Assembly (NCBI RefSeq): GCF_006345805.1 | Contig: NW_021824658.1 | Coordinates: 1 to 36,638, forward strand | DNA from: Octopus sinensis | Lineage: Eukaryota | Direction of reading: 5' to 3' | DNA: 36,638 nucleotides | In this document: positions 12,842-25,800 of the stretch, piece by piece | Layout of the letters: each line of letters begins with the position of its first letter | Numbering within the stretch: position 1 is the first letter of the stretch | Position numbers and translations under genes: made by a program | The notes under the pieces: generated by a model | What the model was told of the DNA's origin: nothing | The model's input: the letters and a program-made list of their open reading frames with translations, nothing else | Databases searched by the model: none

Positions 12842-13848
12842 GATCAAAATTTAGGGATCCTCTATGAATTGAATAATCATATTCAAACGTACTTGGTAGG
12901 TAAAAACCACTTGATCATAACACGAGATAATGTATTAATATATTTATTTAAACTGGTATAATGTAATAATGAAAATTAGAAAGTTAATATTACGTTTTAA
13001 GATTTTCAATAAAACTTTTTCAAACAATCAGCAAGTTTTGTAAGATCATACACCACTACCCCATCCCATGTCAATACAATTGAGCTATCGTGGTTTTCAA
13101 CTTTTGAATATGTACCAATTCTGCAGCAAGTAGATAAAACTTGTGAAGTTTCATTACTTCTCTTGACTTTGGATTAACTCCGACTTTGATGATTCTTATT
13201 TCAGCACGTTTATGTGACACTTTTGACTGAATTTTCTGTGCTCTTAATCTCTTGCTTTTCTTAATTTCTAATTGGCGACACATATGTAAATATACACAAT
13301 TTTATTATTTCTTCACATGTATGCTCCGTGAAGTATTCTGTTAAATACGTGTAGTTGGATGATTTATGGTTTTTATTCAGCCACAAAGATAACAATTAAA
13401 CTTTATCTTTAAAAAACAAATTCCGATCTTCAACTAAGTGATATAGTGCATTAGTCTTTCAAGTATTGTTTTAATTAATCAGTCAAAGTTGAACTTCCTA
13501 ATATCAGCATGTGATTTTTAATGTATTTTAAAAAAGTTGAATTTTACAGTTTTTATTTAATAGTATCCATTAGTTCTATCCTTTGACACTCCATAATAAA
13601 ATTTACATCCAATATATATTTCCAAATGGTATTTGGAAATACTATTCCTTGAATAATCCCAGCTGTTATCGTTGTCGCCATTCCAATACACTCCTTCCTT
13701 CATGTCCACCCCCCCTAACTGACCATATCCCTAGGACCGCGCAAAAACGATTTTCCAAACAAGAATGGTCTCTGAGTGTAATTTAAAAAAATTCTTAGTT
13801 CTAAAAAACTCCGAATGGTACTTCTATTTCTGAATATAGGCTATGAAT

Positions 13849-14205
13849 ACAGTCAACTCTCGTTAATCCAAAAATTTCAAATCGACTTTCCTTTCGGATT
13901 ATGAAAGAATCTGAAATTTATATGATTGTTAGATAAATGATCAAATTAGTGATCAAATTACTAATCTGTTTATACACACAATTATTTATTGAAAAAATCG
14001 AATAAAGTTCTTTGTATAGTGTTTTTTAATTAATTTTTGTAAATAATCCGAGATGTGTTTCAAAATTTTTACAGTATCGTTTGTTATATTTTGAGAAAAC
14101 CAATTTAAACAAGAACTTGATTTAATGAGAATTTAAATTGCATCAAATAAAGTGGTTGGGCTAATATCGTAACTCTCATCGACCTGGCTATCTTCAGCAT
14201 TAGGT
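13849..14205 (-). mobile_element. pogo/Tigger-like terminus and C-terminal remnant
   Basis: TA|CAGTCAACTCTCGTTAATCC end typical of Tigger (also at ~5266); minus-strand tail ending ..LKHISDYLQ. Confidence 0.5.
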
Positions 14206-14224
14206 AAAAGTTAGAAACTAATAG

Positions 14225-15698
14225 AGAATTTTATTTAAAAAATCATTTAAAAAATTATTTAGGTTCCTGAGATTTTTGTTGCCTTTTAGTCTTAATTGAT
14301 TCTTCGAAACGCGGTTTTTTGTTTGCTAGTGCAATTCTGAGATCGTTTTCAGAACTAAGAGAGTTTCTGTTTTTATTTTTATATATATTAGAGATGAAAA
14401 TCCAGATTCACATAGCTAAGTTGTTACAAATGGTATCAGAACTTCCAGTGCTTTCTTTGAAAGTTTCGAGAATCCTGCTTACAAAACGCACCAAAAAACC
14501 TCCAAAAAATTTGAGTCGTACAACATTTTCAGTGATTTAGATGCTTGCAATTCAATCAAACCGTATTTAACATTGTTTCTATCATCCATCTTTTCCATTT
14601 TGAAAGCAAATGGATTAACGATCCAGGTAAAATTCACAATTTTGACGCATGAATTTAAACAAGAGATTTTCAACTTAATAGGCAAGGACTTTGATACGAG
14701 TGCATGTCGACGAAGAATACAGTGAGTAACTTTTACATCTGGAACATGTTTTCTTAAAAGGGCTGGAAAGCCCGACCTGTTCCCAAGCATAACTGAAACA
14801 CCGTCTGTGCAAACTGATCCGATAATTTCCAATGGAATATCATGTTCATTAAAAAAATTCTCAAGTATATGAAAAACATTTTTGCAGAGGCTTCTTTTTC
14901 GAGAAATTTACAAAAGAAACTCTTCGGTAATTAAATTTTTTTGCGCATAACGAACAAAAGGAAATAGTTGACTGTAATTATCAACATCAGTGAACTCATC
15001 CAACTGGATTGAAATTTGGATGGAAGAATTCTTTATGTCCAAAACAATTTGATTAAGAATATCATCACAGATACAAATAATTCTATCCCAGATGAAATTA
15101 TTTGACAAAGGAATCTGCTGCAATTTTCGTGAAGTGTCCGGACCCAGAACTGTTTTCACAATTTCTAATGCACACGGTTTAATAAGAGTCTCGGCAATAG
15201 TATGCGGTTTCGATTTTGGAACTTCATATTCTACTTGGAATGATGCTAAAAGTAGCGGTTTGTCAATGGAGGTAAATCCATGCCCTGGAGGCGTTCCTTT
15301 ACTATCGTATCTGACCATTTTAGCCTTCAAACGTTCGAAATCATTTCCTGAAAGTTTTATTCCCCCGTGCATAACCAAAAAATGCTTGTTCAGCTTCGAT
15401 GGTTCCAAATTAAAGTTAGAAAAGATTGCATCACAAAGGATGCACTGGGGTCGATCGATTCCATCAATGATTACCATAGTTAACATAGTCTTCATTACAT
15501 TTTTGAATTCTAACACACGTTGACATAAAAACCATGAGTTTTCAAAAATATATTTTAAAAAATATAAATGTACTTAAATTTTCTTGCTATATATTTTATT
15601 TGTAAATCATTTAAATATATGTAAAAGTAATTATGATTTTTAAAATCGTTCCAGGCACTTCCTAAAAAATTTAATGCACCCCCAATCAAGAAGCACTG
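14225..15698 (-). mobile_element. hAT (Buster/ZBED5-8-like) element with BED finger, internally deleted
   Basis: RPQCILC...PSKLNKH...H, KPHTIAETLIKPC, IPLSNN, IQLDEFTDV, VCTDG, HCI. Terminus at 15698 next to CTCTAGAC. Confidence 0.9.
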
Positions 15699-16057
15699 CT
15701 CTAGACAAACTAAATTATTTAATAAAATTTATTAGAAGTTTTTAATCATGAATTTGAGTTTTGCGGTTGCAATCTGAAGTTCTTACCTAAAAATTTGAGT
15801 TTTGGATTGACATTTAAAGTTATTAATTGTAAATTTGAAGTTCATAATATACAAATTGAATTGAAAATGGTATAAACAGTCACTTTGGTTTATGTTGGGA
15901 GATTTTATTTTGTTTATACAAGTTTATCAGAAATATTTGAGTTAACTAGAAGAATCTTATCAACTGTGAACTCATCTTCTTATTTTCTATAATTTTTAAT
16001 ATATTTTTGAGTTGGTTAACCTAAACTGGAACTCAATAAAAGGTGAATTAATTATTA

Positions 16058-16613
16058 ATGTTCCATTTATTGTCGACAGTATTATTTTTTGGTCACTTTG
16101 CCGGAATAAAAAGCTCCCATCATGGTATATTTGACTACAACCTGAATAATTAGGGCATCATGACATTTGTCATAAAACTCTACTGGCTAGACAAAATAAA
16201 GTTTCTGTGTGTGCTAATTTTTTTAGTCAGGGAATATAATTGAATTAAATTATGAAGATTTCAAAAATAGTGTCGTAAATGGAAATGTCCATTGGCTTAT
16301 CTTGTTCTGTAAAGAGAAATCAACTGAATGTAACCTGGTAAAGAAACTTTATTCCGTATTCTCTCATATACTGAAAGGCAAGCTACATGCGGGGATAGTC
16401 TATACTTCCAGTAATCCCGAATATTTCAGCAAATTCAATGTTGCCTCACTTTTATATTTATTAGGTAAATCACATGCCGTCTTTGGTATTGTTTGATCAA
16501 CACGGCACTAAATCTCGCCAATTCCGCATGAAAGTAAATTTTCAAATATTACTCAAGTTGCTAAAATTAATTCTGAAAAGTATCCAATGTTATTTATTAT
16601 AGACATCAATTAA
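16058..16613 (+). CDS. Signal-peptide thioredoxin-fold (SxxC) protein, paralogue 2, intact
   Basis: Exons 16058-16124, 16154-16200, 16227-16439, 16465-16579 (+16603-16613 if the 23-nt intron 16580-16602 is used; otherwise the stop is at 16602). MFHLLSTVLFFGHFAGIKSSHHGHHDICHK...IIELNYEDFKNSVVNGNVHWLILFCKEKSTECNLVKK...FNVNHMPSLVLF. Confidence 0.8.
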
Positions 16614-17189
16614 AAAAGCACTTCTAACATATTTACTAATTATCTCGATATCTTTCCTCAATAAAAAAGTCTTTTACTATTTTTGCAACACATTACATTT
16701 AAAAAATCGCTTAATTATTTAAAAATGTGTTAGTTTTTTAGAGTGAGGTCACATAATCAACATAGACATTATGTAGTTTGTCGAGATGGTCAACCTACCC
16801 GGGAATACCACCCTCTCTTATTTATGTTCCGAATTAAAACAGACGTGATTTTTAGCCCGTATATAACGATGCCAAAGAGGTTGGGTTCGAAGTAGGTGTG
16901 GGAACGAGCCCAAACTTTGTAGAAATTTCCTTTGATGTTCCTGGAATCCTTTTTCAATAATAATGATTTTCTCATATTCAATATTTTTTCTGAAATTATT
17001 GGTTAGAAAATGATTTCCGTGACGCTAAGAGGGCGCCCTAACCTGCATAATCTTAAAAAATCTTTCTCCCTTTTCTAACTGTCTATTTGTATTAATACTC
17101 ACTCATTTAAAAAAAAGAAAAAAATGATTTTACTTTGGTTTTTATGCTATTCTCTCCTTCAACAAAAAACTAAAATATTTATAAACGAC

Positions 17190-18211
17190 ATTAAATAATT
17201 TTTTTTACTGATCTTTTCTCTATATTTTTTTGCATTTCTATTAAACTTTCGAGCATATTCATATTAAAATGATCATCATGTGAAAAATATTTTTTGAGGT
17301 CCGAAACACTTTTTATCGCGTCTCGATGTGTAATACATTTGTTTCTTTTACAATCTTCAATAATTGAACTGTCTAAGTTGTCATTTTCATCCTTATTGTT
17401 TTGTATTAATTTATGAAGTTCGTCATTTTCAGAGTGCGTAAAGTCTATAAACTCCTCCTCTTTTATGGGATCTGAGATCATTAATTTATGTATAATTTGT
17501 TCGAAATTTTTTATTTTATGGTCACCCTTAATACGTTCTTCAATGCTTTTTTTCCCATATGGAATCGTCTTGTAAAATACGCCTGTTTCGTCGGCATTAT
17601 AAACATTTTCTTAACCATATTTATTTATTTTTGAAGAGACAGTTTTTTTAAGTCTTCGATTTTGTATTTGAACTCATCTGCAGTATATCCATATTCACCA
17701 TGAAAAATTTTTAGTTTTATATTGTGCCTTTTTTTGAACTTTTCAAGCCATCCTTTCCTAGATTAAATTCGGAGAGACCGTTTAACGCAGCAAATTCAGC
17801 TGCTTTAGACAAAATCATCTCATCATTGAGGCAAACTCCAATAGATTCCATGTAATCTATTCAGGTAATGATTTCAGAATCAATTGATGAATATCTGTGT
17901 TTCGAAAAACGAGAACTTCTAACATAAATTGGATTAATTCCAAGAATCTTCTGTTAGAGCTATCAATAAGATAATTTATAATTTCTCTTTTTTTAATCAT
18001 ATAATAATCTAGAACACTTCCTCATGTGACACAAAAAGATACGCGGTGTGAATATTTGAAAAATTATTTTTTTAATAATAAATTTTAATTTTTTTTAATA
18101 CTAAAACGTGGCGAGCAAGAGAATTTGACGAGCAATGGAATTTCCTTAGTAAAAATGGCATTTTTTCCAAAAAGTGGCGAGTTATAGAAATGGCAAGCAG
18201 AGGGTAAACTG
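17190..18211 (-). mobile_element. pogo/Tigger-like element, internally deleted
   Basis: TA|CAGTTTACCCTC end at 18211 (minus strand); GWLEKFKKRHNIKLKIFHGE and VYNADETGVFYK; C-terminal ITHRDAIKSV. Confidence 0.85.
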
Positions 18212-18729
18212 TATTTACAAACGAAATTAAATAGCTCCTTTGCTTATTATTTCTATTAGAATCAATCGTTTATAGAACTTTCTTCCCATCCCAGAGTCTT
18301 TGCATACAGCAAGTTAATTGCTGGATTTTGTAATGATAGGAGTTTTAATTCCACTATAACTATCAACTTTTTCTTTCTGGAGTCTGAAACTAATTTCAAA
18401 ATAAAACAAAAAATTTGATTAAAAAATTGACGAAACTAAAAAGGTTATTAGAATTGCATAAAGATATAGGTTATTAGAATTGAATTATTTTAATAAGAAC
18501 AATAACCACATTTCATCGTCATAAAATTATTCATTCATTCTAATTTCAAATTATTGTTATTAAGCTCGCATGCTTTTTTCAAATAATTCAATTGATCTCA
18601 GTAGACTGTTGGCATATCTATATCCACATTTAATCATGTCAAACTTTTTAAATCTTTGACTGTGTGATTGAGCGTAGAGTTGAAAGTATCTCAAAGACAA
18701 AAAATAGAGCACTGATGGAGATTTTTATT

Positions 18730-19080
18730 CTTCACGACTAACATCGGCAAATATTCCCGAAGACGAGACCTTCCAAAGACTTGTTCTTCCGCCCGCAGTC
18801 CAAAAATATTTCCACCGTAGGACCGTAGTACTTGTTCAGGCCAACAGCCTTCAGCTCACGCAGACTGAACCCTCGGTCTCTTAAGAAACGTAAATTATAG
18901 CGCCTTGTAAGACACTTTACAACTGGGTGGAGGAGGGAAATTGCCTGTAGAGGTTTGGCAGCCTTTTTTCAGCACGAAAACGTCTCCGTATATTTTATTG
19001 GCTGATCAAAACATGTCTTTATTCGTCTAGTCCAGTGTTTACTCAGACGCTTTTACGCTCTTCTTGAGATTGCGATTTTT
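18730..19080 (-). pseudogene. RPL13: Intronless 60S ribosomal protein L13 (eL13) pseudogene
   Basis: KHWTRRIKTCFDQP..., LHPVVKCLTRRYN, RGFSLRELKAVGL, D.GRKNKSLEGL align with eL13 KDWQRRV.TWFNQP / RPIVRCPT.RY / GRGFSLEEL / VD.RRRNKS.ESL. Frameshifted and truncated, with no introns seen. Confidence 0.85.
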
Positions 19081-19854
19081 TAAAGTTCGTTTAGGTCATC
19101 ATTATTTTCTGGTCGCATTCTGACATTCTTTAGATTATTTGGTATTTGTGCATCTCGTGCATCACAAAATAAGACCCGAAATAAATTTATGATATTTTTT
19201 TGAATATTAGATCTAAAATTGGAAAAAATGAACAATGCAGATTTTTTGAAAAAATAAACAATAAGATATAGCCAAAATATGTCCAACTAGTCCCCTACGA
19301 GCATTCAGATTTATATGTTGCGTATAGAGTATGTTTGCTGATCACCTTCGAGTAGCGTATTTTCAATAAAAATTTAAGTTTTTTCGGTGAAATTCATTTA
19401 GGTTTCCACTATATGTTTCATTTAAACCCCACATTCTCATGTTGGATTAAAAAATAAGCGGGATAAATTCATTTTTTAAAGTCTAAATGCGGCCTCCAAA
19501 AAATTTGCTGCGGCCCGCTTAAAATTATTTTAAAAATATTACATATTTTATACAATGAATCCGAATTTGTTTTCTCTAATTTCTCCTTCTGTTTGTTGCG
19601 TACAATAAACTTTTCATGGTTAAAATTTTTTACATATTTCAACTATTGTTTTAAAATTAAATGTTTTTTGTATTAAATTTTAGTTAATTTTGCTTGTAAT
19701 GCTTCTTAAACGTATTAAAAGAAGTAGAAAAATTATTTAAAAATCGTGCATTTAACCCCGAATGAGAGGGGAAATTTTTCGTTTTTGAAGAAAATGGCAA
19801 AGCACATTCCTGATTTGTCATTTTGTTATACTATGTCTTAATTTATATAATGTC

Positions 19855-20081
19855 GAAAGGCAGACCGATTCGTGTTCTGTCCGATTGTGGTCGAGACTAC
19901 TGGAGGAATAAGTGGGAAATCGCTTCGCTTCCAAAAGAAGCTTGGACGCTTAGCCACATTAAAAAGCCACGACACACGTGAGACCTGGTGGCTTCTCCAA
20001 TAGATCTCCGTTGCTATCCTGAGAGGCAACGCAACGTCAATAATGTTGGCGGGGCCCACTACGGATGGATGGCTTGGTTAA
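19855..20081 (+). mobile_element. 3' fragment of a CRE-like (RLE) non-LTR element
   Basis: FVFCPIVVETTGGISGKSLRFQKKLG...ETWWLLQ*ISVAILRGNATSI, homologous to the C-terminus at 30490-30670. Confidence 0.75.
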
Positions 20082-20329
20082 CTTCTAGTAAATTACAATA
20101 CTAAAATTTATATTAAATAAACATTAGATTATTTTTTAAGGTGAATCAAAAAAATCAAATTTTTATCTCTAAAATCAAATCGTAAACTACAAACCACTTT
20201 GTTTAAATGGCTAAATACTCTTAACTCTTAATTATCGATTTGACTCTTGAGTATAACTGTAAAAATCGGCTCTTGTGCTTACATGAAGCGGAATTATCTT
20301 AAAGTATTACAAAAGCTATCTATACCATT

Positions 20330-20510
20330 TCCCATAATAGAATTAACACCAATCTAAGTGGAAATCAATAACAAACTAAGTGAGACTAACAGCATATTGT
20401 TGGATAAGGGATGTAGTTAAACCTGACACAAAAGGTGGAAATTATAGAAAATTGTTTAACAAAAAACATGTCAATTTTTTATATCATGCATCGAAGACGA
20501 TAACACAATA
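20330..20510 (+). mobile_element. Tc1/IS630-like transposase remnant, 5' part (interrupted by the Helitron)
   Basis: TAYCWIR...KGG...KHVNFL...IED resembles ORF 299-607. Confidence 0.55.
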
Positions 20511-20586
20511 TCTTGTCTTAATAATAAAATGGTATGCTGTCTGTCTGTCTGTCTGTCTGTGTGTGCACACAACTTCAAATTGGCAA

Positions 20587-21860
20587 TACGATGTCCTCGA
20601 CTTACATGATAAGGTCCTTAAAACCTTCCCCCTCAAAAAATTAAAAAAAAAATTTTCTGCATTTTTGTCAAAATGAACAACTACGATGTCCTCGACTTAC
20701 ATGATGAGGTCCTTCAAACCTTCCCCCCAAAAAAAAATAAAAAAAAATTTTCTGCATTTTGGTTAAAATGAACAACTACGATGTCCTCGACTTACATGAT
20801 GAGGTCCTTAAAACCTTCCCCCTCAAAAAATTAAAAAAAAATTTTCTGCATTTTGGTTAAAATGAACAACTACGATGTCCTCGACTTACATGATGAGGTC
20901 CTTAAAACCTTCCCTCCAAAAAAAAATTAAAAAAAAAATTTCTGCATTTTGGTTAAAATGAACAACTACGATGTCCTCGACTTACATGATGAGGTCCTTA
21001 AAACCTTCCCCCCCAAAAAATTAAAAAAAAATTTTCTGCATTTTGGTTAAAATGAACAACTACGATGTCCTCGACTTACATGATGAGGTCCTTAAAACCT
21101 TCCCTCCAAAAAAAAATTAAAAAAAAAATTTCTGCATTTTGGTTAAAATGAACAACTACGATGTCCTCGACTTACATGATGAGGTCCTTAAAACCTTCCC
21201 CCCAAAAAATTAAAAAAAAATTTCTGCATTTTGTTAAAATGAACAACTACGATGTCCTCGACTTACATGATGAGGTCCTTAAAACCTTCCCTCCAAAAAA
21301 AAATTAAAAAAAAATTTTCTGCATTTTGGTTAAAATGAACAACTACGATGTCCTCGACTTACATGATGAGGTCCTTAAAACCTTCCCTCCAAAAAAAAAT
21401 TAAAAAAAAATTTTCTGCATTTTGGTTAAAATGAACAACTACGATGTCCTCGACTTACATGATGAGGTCCTTAAAACCTTCCCTCCAAAAAAAAATTAAA
21501 AAAAAATTTTCTGCATTTTGGTTAAAATGAACAACTACGATGTCCTCGACTTACATGATGAGGTCCTTAAAACCTTCCCCGCAAAAAAAAATTAAAAAAA
21601 AATTTTCTGCATTTTGGTTAAAATGAACAACTACGATGTCCTCGACTTACATGATGAGGTCCTTAAAACCTTCCCCCCAAAAAAATTAAAAAAAAATTTT
21701 CTGCATTTGGTTAAAATGAACAACTACGATGTCCTCGACTTACATGATGAGGTCCTTAAAACCGCCCGCCAAAAAATCAAAAATTATTTTCTGCATTTTG
21801 ATTAAAATGAACAACGCGAATGTCCTCGACATTCATGGTGAGGTCCATTAAAACCTTCCA
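20587..21860 (+). repeat. ~91-96-bp tandem satellite, 13 units plus a degenerate 14th, inside the Helitron
   Basis: Core TACGATGTCCTCGACTTACATGATGAGGTCCTTAAAACC at 20587, 20682, 20777, 20871, 20967, 21061, 21157, 21248, 21344, 21440, 21536, 21632, 21725. Variation is mainly in C/A/T run lengths. Confidence 0.97.
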
Positions 21861-22069
21861 GGCAAAAATCTCACGTATTAAGAATATCCTTGATGAAAAC
21901 GACAGCGAGAATATTAACAATGATGAACTCCCAATTATTCGCGATAAAGAAATTCAATTCATCCTACGTTTTTCTCTTTAAAATTAAATGCATATATCAT
22001 TATCGACCATGAATCAAAATTAAAGCTATTATCATATTTGACTTTGACAGAATGTGCAATTACAGATTG

Positions 22070-22845
22070 CACGACTTTGAATAGAGTGTGCAATTAACAG
22101 ATTTTGAAAAACCACTTTGATAGTTGAAACCACATTAGCACAATCATTAACACAATTTACCACAAATTGACGCACGACCTTGAATAGAGTGTGCAATTAA
22201 CAGATTTTGAAAAACACTTTGATAGTTGAAACCACATTAGCACAATCATTAACACAATTTACCACCAATTGACAGCGCAATCAGAAGAATTTGCGTAAAA
22301 ATATTAACTATTTAGTTAAGTTTTTCGTAAAGATAGAATTTATTTTCGGTATGCCTCTTTTCCTAAACTTTTTTATTATTCAAAAATAATTTTTTCAATA
22401 GATAACCGAAGGAGGGAAGACGACCTTAAGAAAAGAAGTTTTTCGTAAAGATAGAATTTATTTTCGGTATGCCTCTTATCTTAAACTTTTTTATTATTCA
22501 AAAATAATTTTTTAAATAGATAACCGAAGGAGGAAAAACGAAGCTGAAAAAAAAACGGTCAGCTTAATAAGGTAATTAATCAAATCTTTTTTGTGTGTCG
22601 CATCTCTGCCTGCCGCATCTTTGCCTGCCGCATCTCTGCCTGCCGCATCTCCCCCCATCTCACCCAAATAAAAAAAGAAAAAAAGGAAATTACAAAGAAA
22701 CACGAAAAAATCAAATATAAAAAGTTAACAAATAAAAAAAAGAAAATAAAGCACAAAAAAAAGAAAATAAAACAAAAAAATAAAAAAAAGAAAAAAAACT
22801 TAAAAAATAAAAAAAAAGAAAAAAAAACTTAAAAAATAAAAAAAT
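22070..22845 (+). repeat. Further Helitron-internal repeats: ~105-bp x2, ~118-bp period x2, 15-bp x3, A-rich tract
   Basis: TTGAATAGAGTGTGCAATTAACAG... at ~22077 and ~22180; TTTTCGTAAAGATAGAATT... at ~22322 and ~22440; GCATCT(C/T)TGCCTGCC at 22600-22650; A-rich 22666-22845. Confidence 0.9.
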
Positions 22846-25800
22846 ACATGCAGATAGAACACCTGCAATGAACATGAGCGTCGATACAACGCACCAACAT
22901 CAAACCAGGTAGGAATTTTAATAGTAGGTCAACAATATGATACTAGAGACATTATCATAAACAAAGATCCACTGGATTAATGAGAATTTCAGAAACGCAT
23001 CGATCATACGATGCTCTTCAGTACCATTAATATTCCCCAGAGGAGAGGATGGCTACAATTTTAGGGTAATGCATATCAATCCATCAACTGGTTTAACAAC
23101 CACTAAAAAAACCAGTTGTATGGAATTTTATTCTTATAGGTTATGATACGAGAGCAAGATTTCAACATGATTCATCGTACAGGACATTTATTTAATCAGT
23201 TTATTGTAGATATGTATGCAAAGATAGAAGCAGAGAGACTTCTCTACATTCGTTTAAATCAGCGAAAACTAAGAGCTGAGGAGTTATACATCTAAGAGAT
23301 GCAATAATTAATGATGGTAATGTAACTGATGTAGGTCTAATGGTTATTTTGCCGTCGTCATTCACGGGAGGACCAAGATATATGCATGAACGCACACAAG
23401 ATGCGATGACGTACGTAAGAAATTACGGAACACCGGATTTGTTTATCACTTTTACATGTAATCAAAAATGGCCAGAAATTAGTGATAACATATTTATAGG
23501 GCAAAAGGCAGAGTATAGACAAGACATCATTGCGAGAGTTTTTAAACGGAAAGTCGATAAGATGATGGATCTTCTCACAAAGGGACAGATATTTGGAAAG
23601 ACAAGATGCCACATGTATACAGTAGAGTGGCAAAAAGAGGTTTGCCACATATACACATATTGTTATGGTTAGTCACTAAAATTAGGGCTACAGAAATAGA
23701 CGATTGCATACGGGCAGAATTGCCAAATCCAAATGAAGATAGAGAATTATACGAGATCATAAAAGAAATATGATACATGGTCCATGTGGCATGTATAACA
23801 GATCATCACCGTGTATGCGAAATGGTAAGTGTTCTAAAGGGTACCCTAAAAACTTAATATATAATACGCAAACAGGTGAAAATGGATTTCCGCTTTACCG
23901 AAGAAGGGGCACAGCTGAAGGAGGATTTACTGCAACTCTCCACGAAGGAAAAGAAAATGAAATAACAGTTGACAACAGGTGGGTGGTGCCTTATAATCCT
24001 CTGTTATGTAAGATTTTTGATGCACATATTATGTGGAATTTTGTAATTCTATTAGATCAATTAAATATGTATGTAAATACATTAATAAAGGGTCTGATCA
24101 AGCAATTTTTACAATTGAGCAGCGTGACGAGCCAAGCTTTTTTCAGCATGGACGATTCATCTGCAGTAATGAAGGAGCATGGAGAATTTTCGGATATCCG
24201 ATTCATGAAAGATATCCATTAGTAATGCATTTAGCGGTGCACTTGGAAAATGGACAAAGGATATATTTTAGAGAAGAAACTGCCCGTAATCAAGTTATGA
24301 ATCCAAAAAATTCAACGCTTATGGCCTACTTTGAATTATGTCGGACTGATGAATTTGCGAAGACAATTTATTATGTTGATGTGCCTAGATATTATACGTG
24401 GGAAGTGGCCGGAAAGAAATTTAAAAGAAGGATAAGAGGAGAGCCAGTAAACGGGCATAACGGTATTGTAAGTACGGATGCATTGGGTAGAGTATATACC
24501 GTGCATCCAAATAATTTTGAATGTTATTGTGTTAGGTTACTTTTGCACAACATTCGAGGGCCAGAATCATTCACTGATCTGCGGACTGTCAATGGTGTAC
24601 TCTGCGAAACATACAGAGAAGCCTGTTTTAAATTAGGTCTTTTAGAGGATGACAACCACTGGAATCAGACTTTAACAGAAGCCGCAATTGCAGATTCTCC
24701 ATCGCGACTAAGGTATTTATATACTTTGATGCTAGCCCATTGTGGGTTAGCTAATCCTAAGCAACTGTGGGAAGGGCATCGAGAAAGCATGTGCGAAGAT
24801 ATATTAAGAGAGAAGAATAGATCGATTTTTGATGAAGAGATTTTCAACATTGGATTAATCATGATAGACAGATTGCTAATATCTGTCGTAGGTAAGAGTG
24901 TAAGTGATTTTGGTTTAGCAATCAGTGATCTTCATAATATAAATTTTTTAGATGAGCATTATAATTTAGAAGAACTTCAAAAAATTGTGGAAGAAAGAGA
25001 ACAAAGCTTATTACCTGGGCAGTTGGAAATATACAGAGAAATTAACCGAGTCATCCAAGAAGAAAATGGTTCTATCATCTTTATTGATGCACCAGGTGGT
25101 ACAGGTAAGACCTATCTTCTAAATTTATTGTTAGCAAAGGTGAGAAGCGACAATCTAATAGCATTAGCAGTTGCATCGTCTGGAATTGCTGCAACTCTTT
25201 TAGATGGAGGTCGAACAGCACATTCAACATTCCCTTGAACCTGTCTTACAATACTGAACCGGTTTGTAATGTAAAAAAATTCAGTTGCGGGTTATAGAAT
25301 TATGAATTCTAGGTTAATTGTTTGGGATGAATGCACAATGGCTCATAAGGGCGCATTCGAAGCAGTCGACAGAACATCTAGAGATATCAAGAATTGTGAG
25401 GAACTGTTGTTTGGGGGAGCAATAGTTGTATTGGCAGGTGATTTTAGACAAACTCTGCCAATTATTCAAAGAGGGACGCCTGCGGATGAATTGAATGCCT
25501 GCCTCAAATCGTCATACCTGTGGACACACGTCAAAAAGGTAAGCTTAGATGTAAATGTACGTGCACATTTACAGGCGTCAATAGCATATTTCCAAATATC
25601 CTTTTAGATATTGGAAATGGGGCAATTACTTCAGATATACAGGATCAGAAAATCAGTCTACCGGAAGAATTATGTATATATGTGAATACAGCAGAAGAAT
25701 TATTCAGTTCAGTATATTCTGAACTATCAGAACACTACAGGAATTTCGACTGGCTTCGTGAACGGGCTATATTAGCTCCGCTAAATGATGAGGTACTTAA

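Larger units (their letters stand above)
13725..16828 (+). repeat. Segmental duplication copy 2 (longer copy)
   Basis: Direct repeat of 5138-7490; contains a Tigger end, a hAT element and the thioredoxin-like gene. Confidence 0.95.

Noticed and set aside
13060-13420. Possible integrase zinc-finger remnant or 70-aa ORF
   Set aside because: Too degraded to assign.
16872-16919. Short hairpin TTGGGTTCG/CGAGCCCAA (and paired hairpins near 19295-19360)
   Set aside because: Stems are too short for a pre-miRNA and lack complete H/ACA or C/D boxes; compatible with chance.
20587-21860. CRISPR-like array
   Set aside because: Intervening segments are not unique spacers (they differ mainly in homopolymer length), there are no cas genes, and the array lies inside a eukaryotic Helitron.
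22512-22832. Lys-rich and GRDAA-repeat ORFs
   Set aside because: Products of an A-rich tract and a 15-bp repeat in the Helitron.
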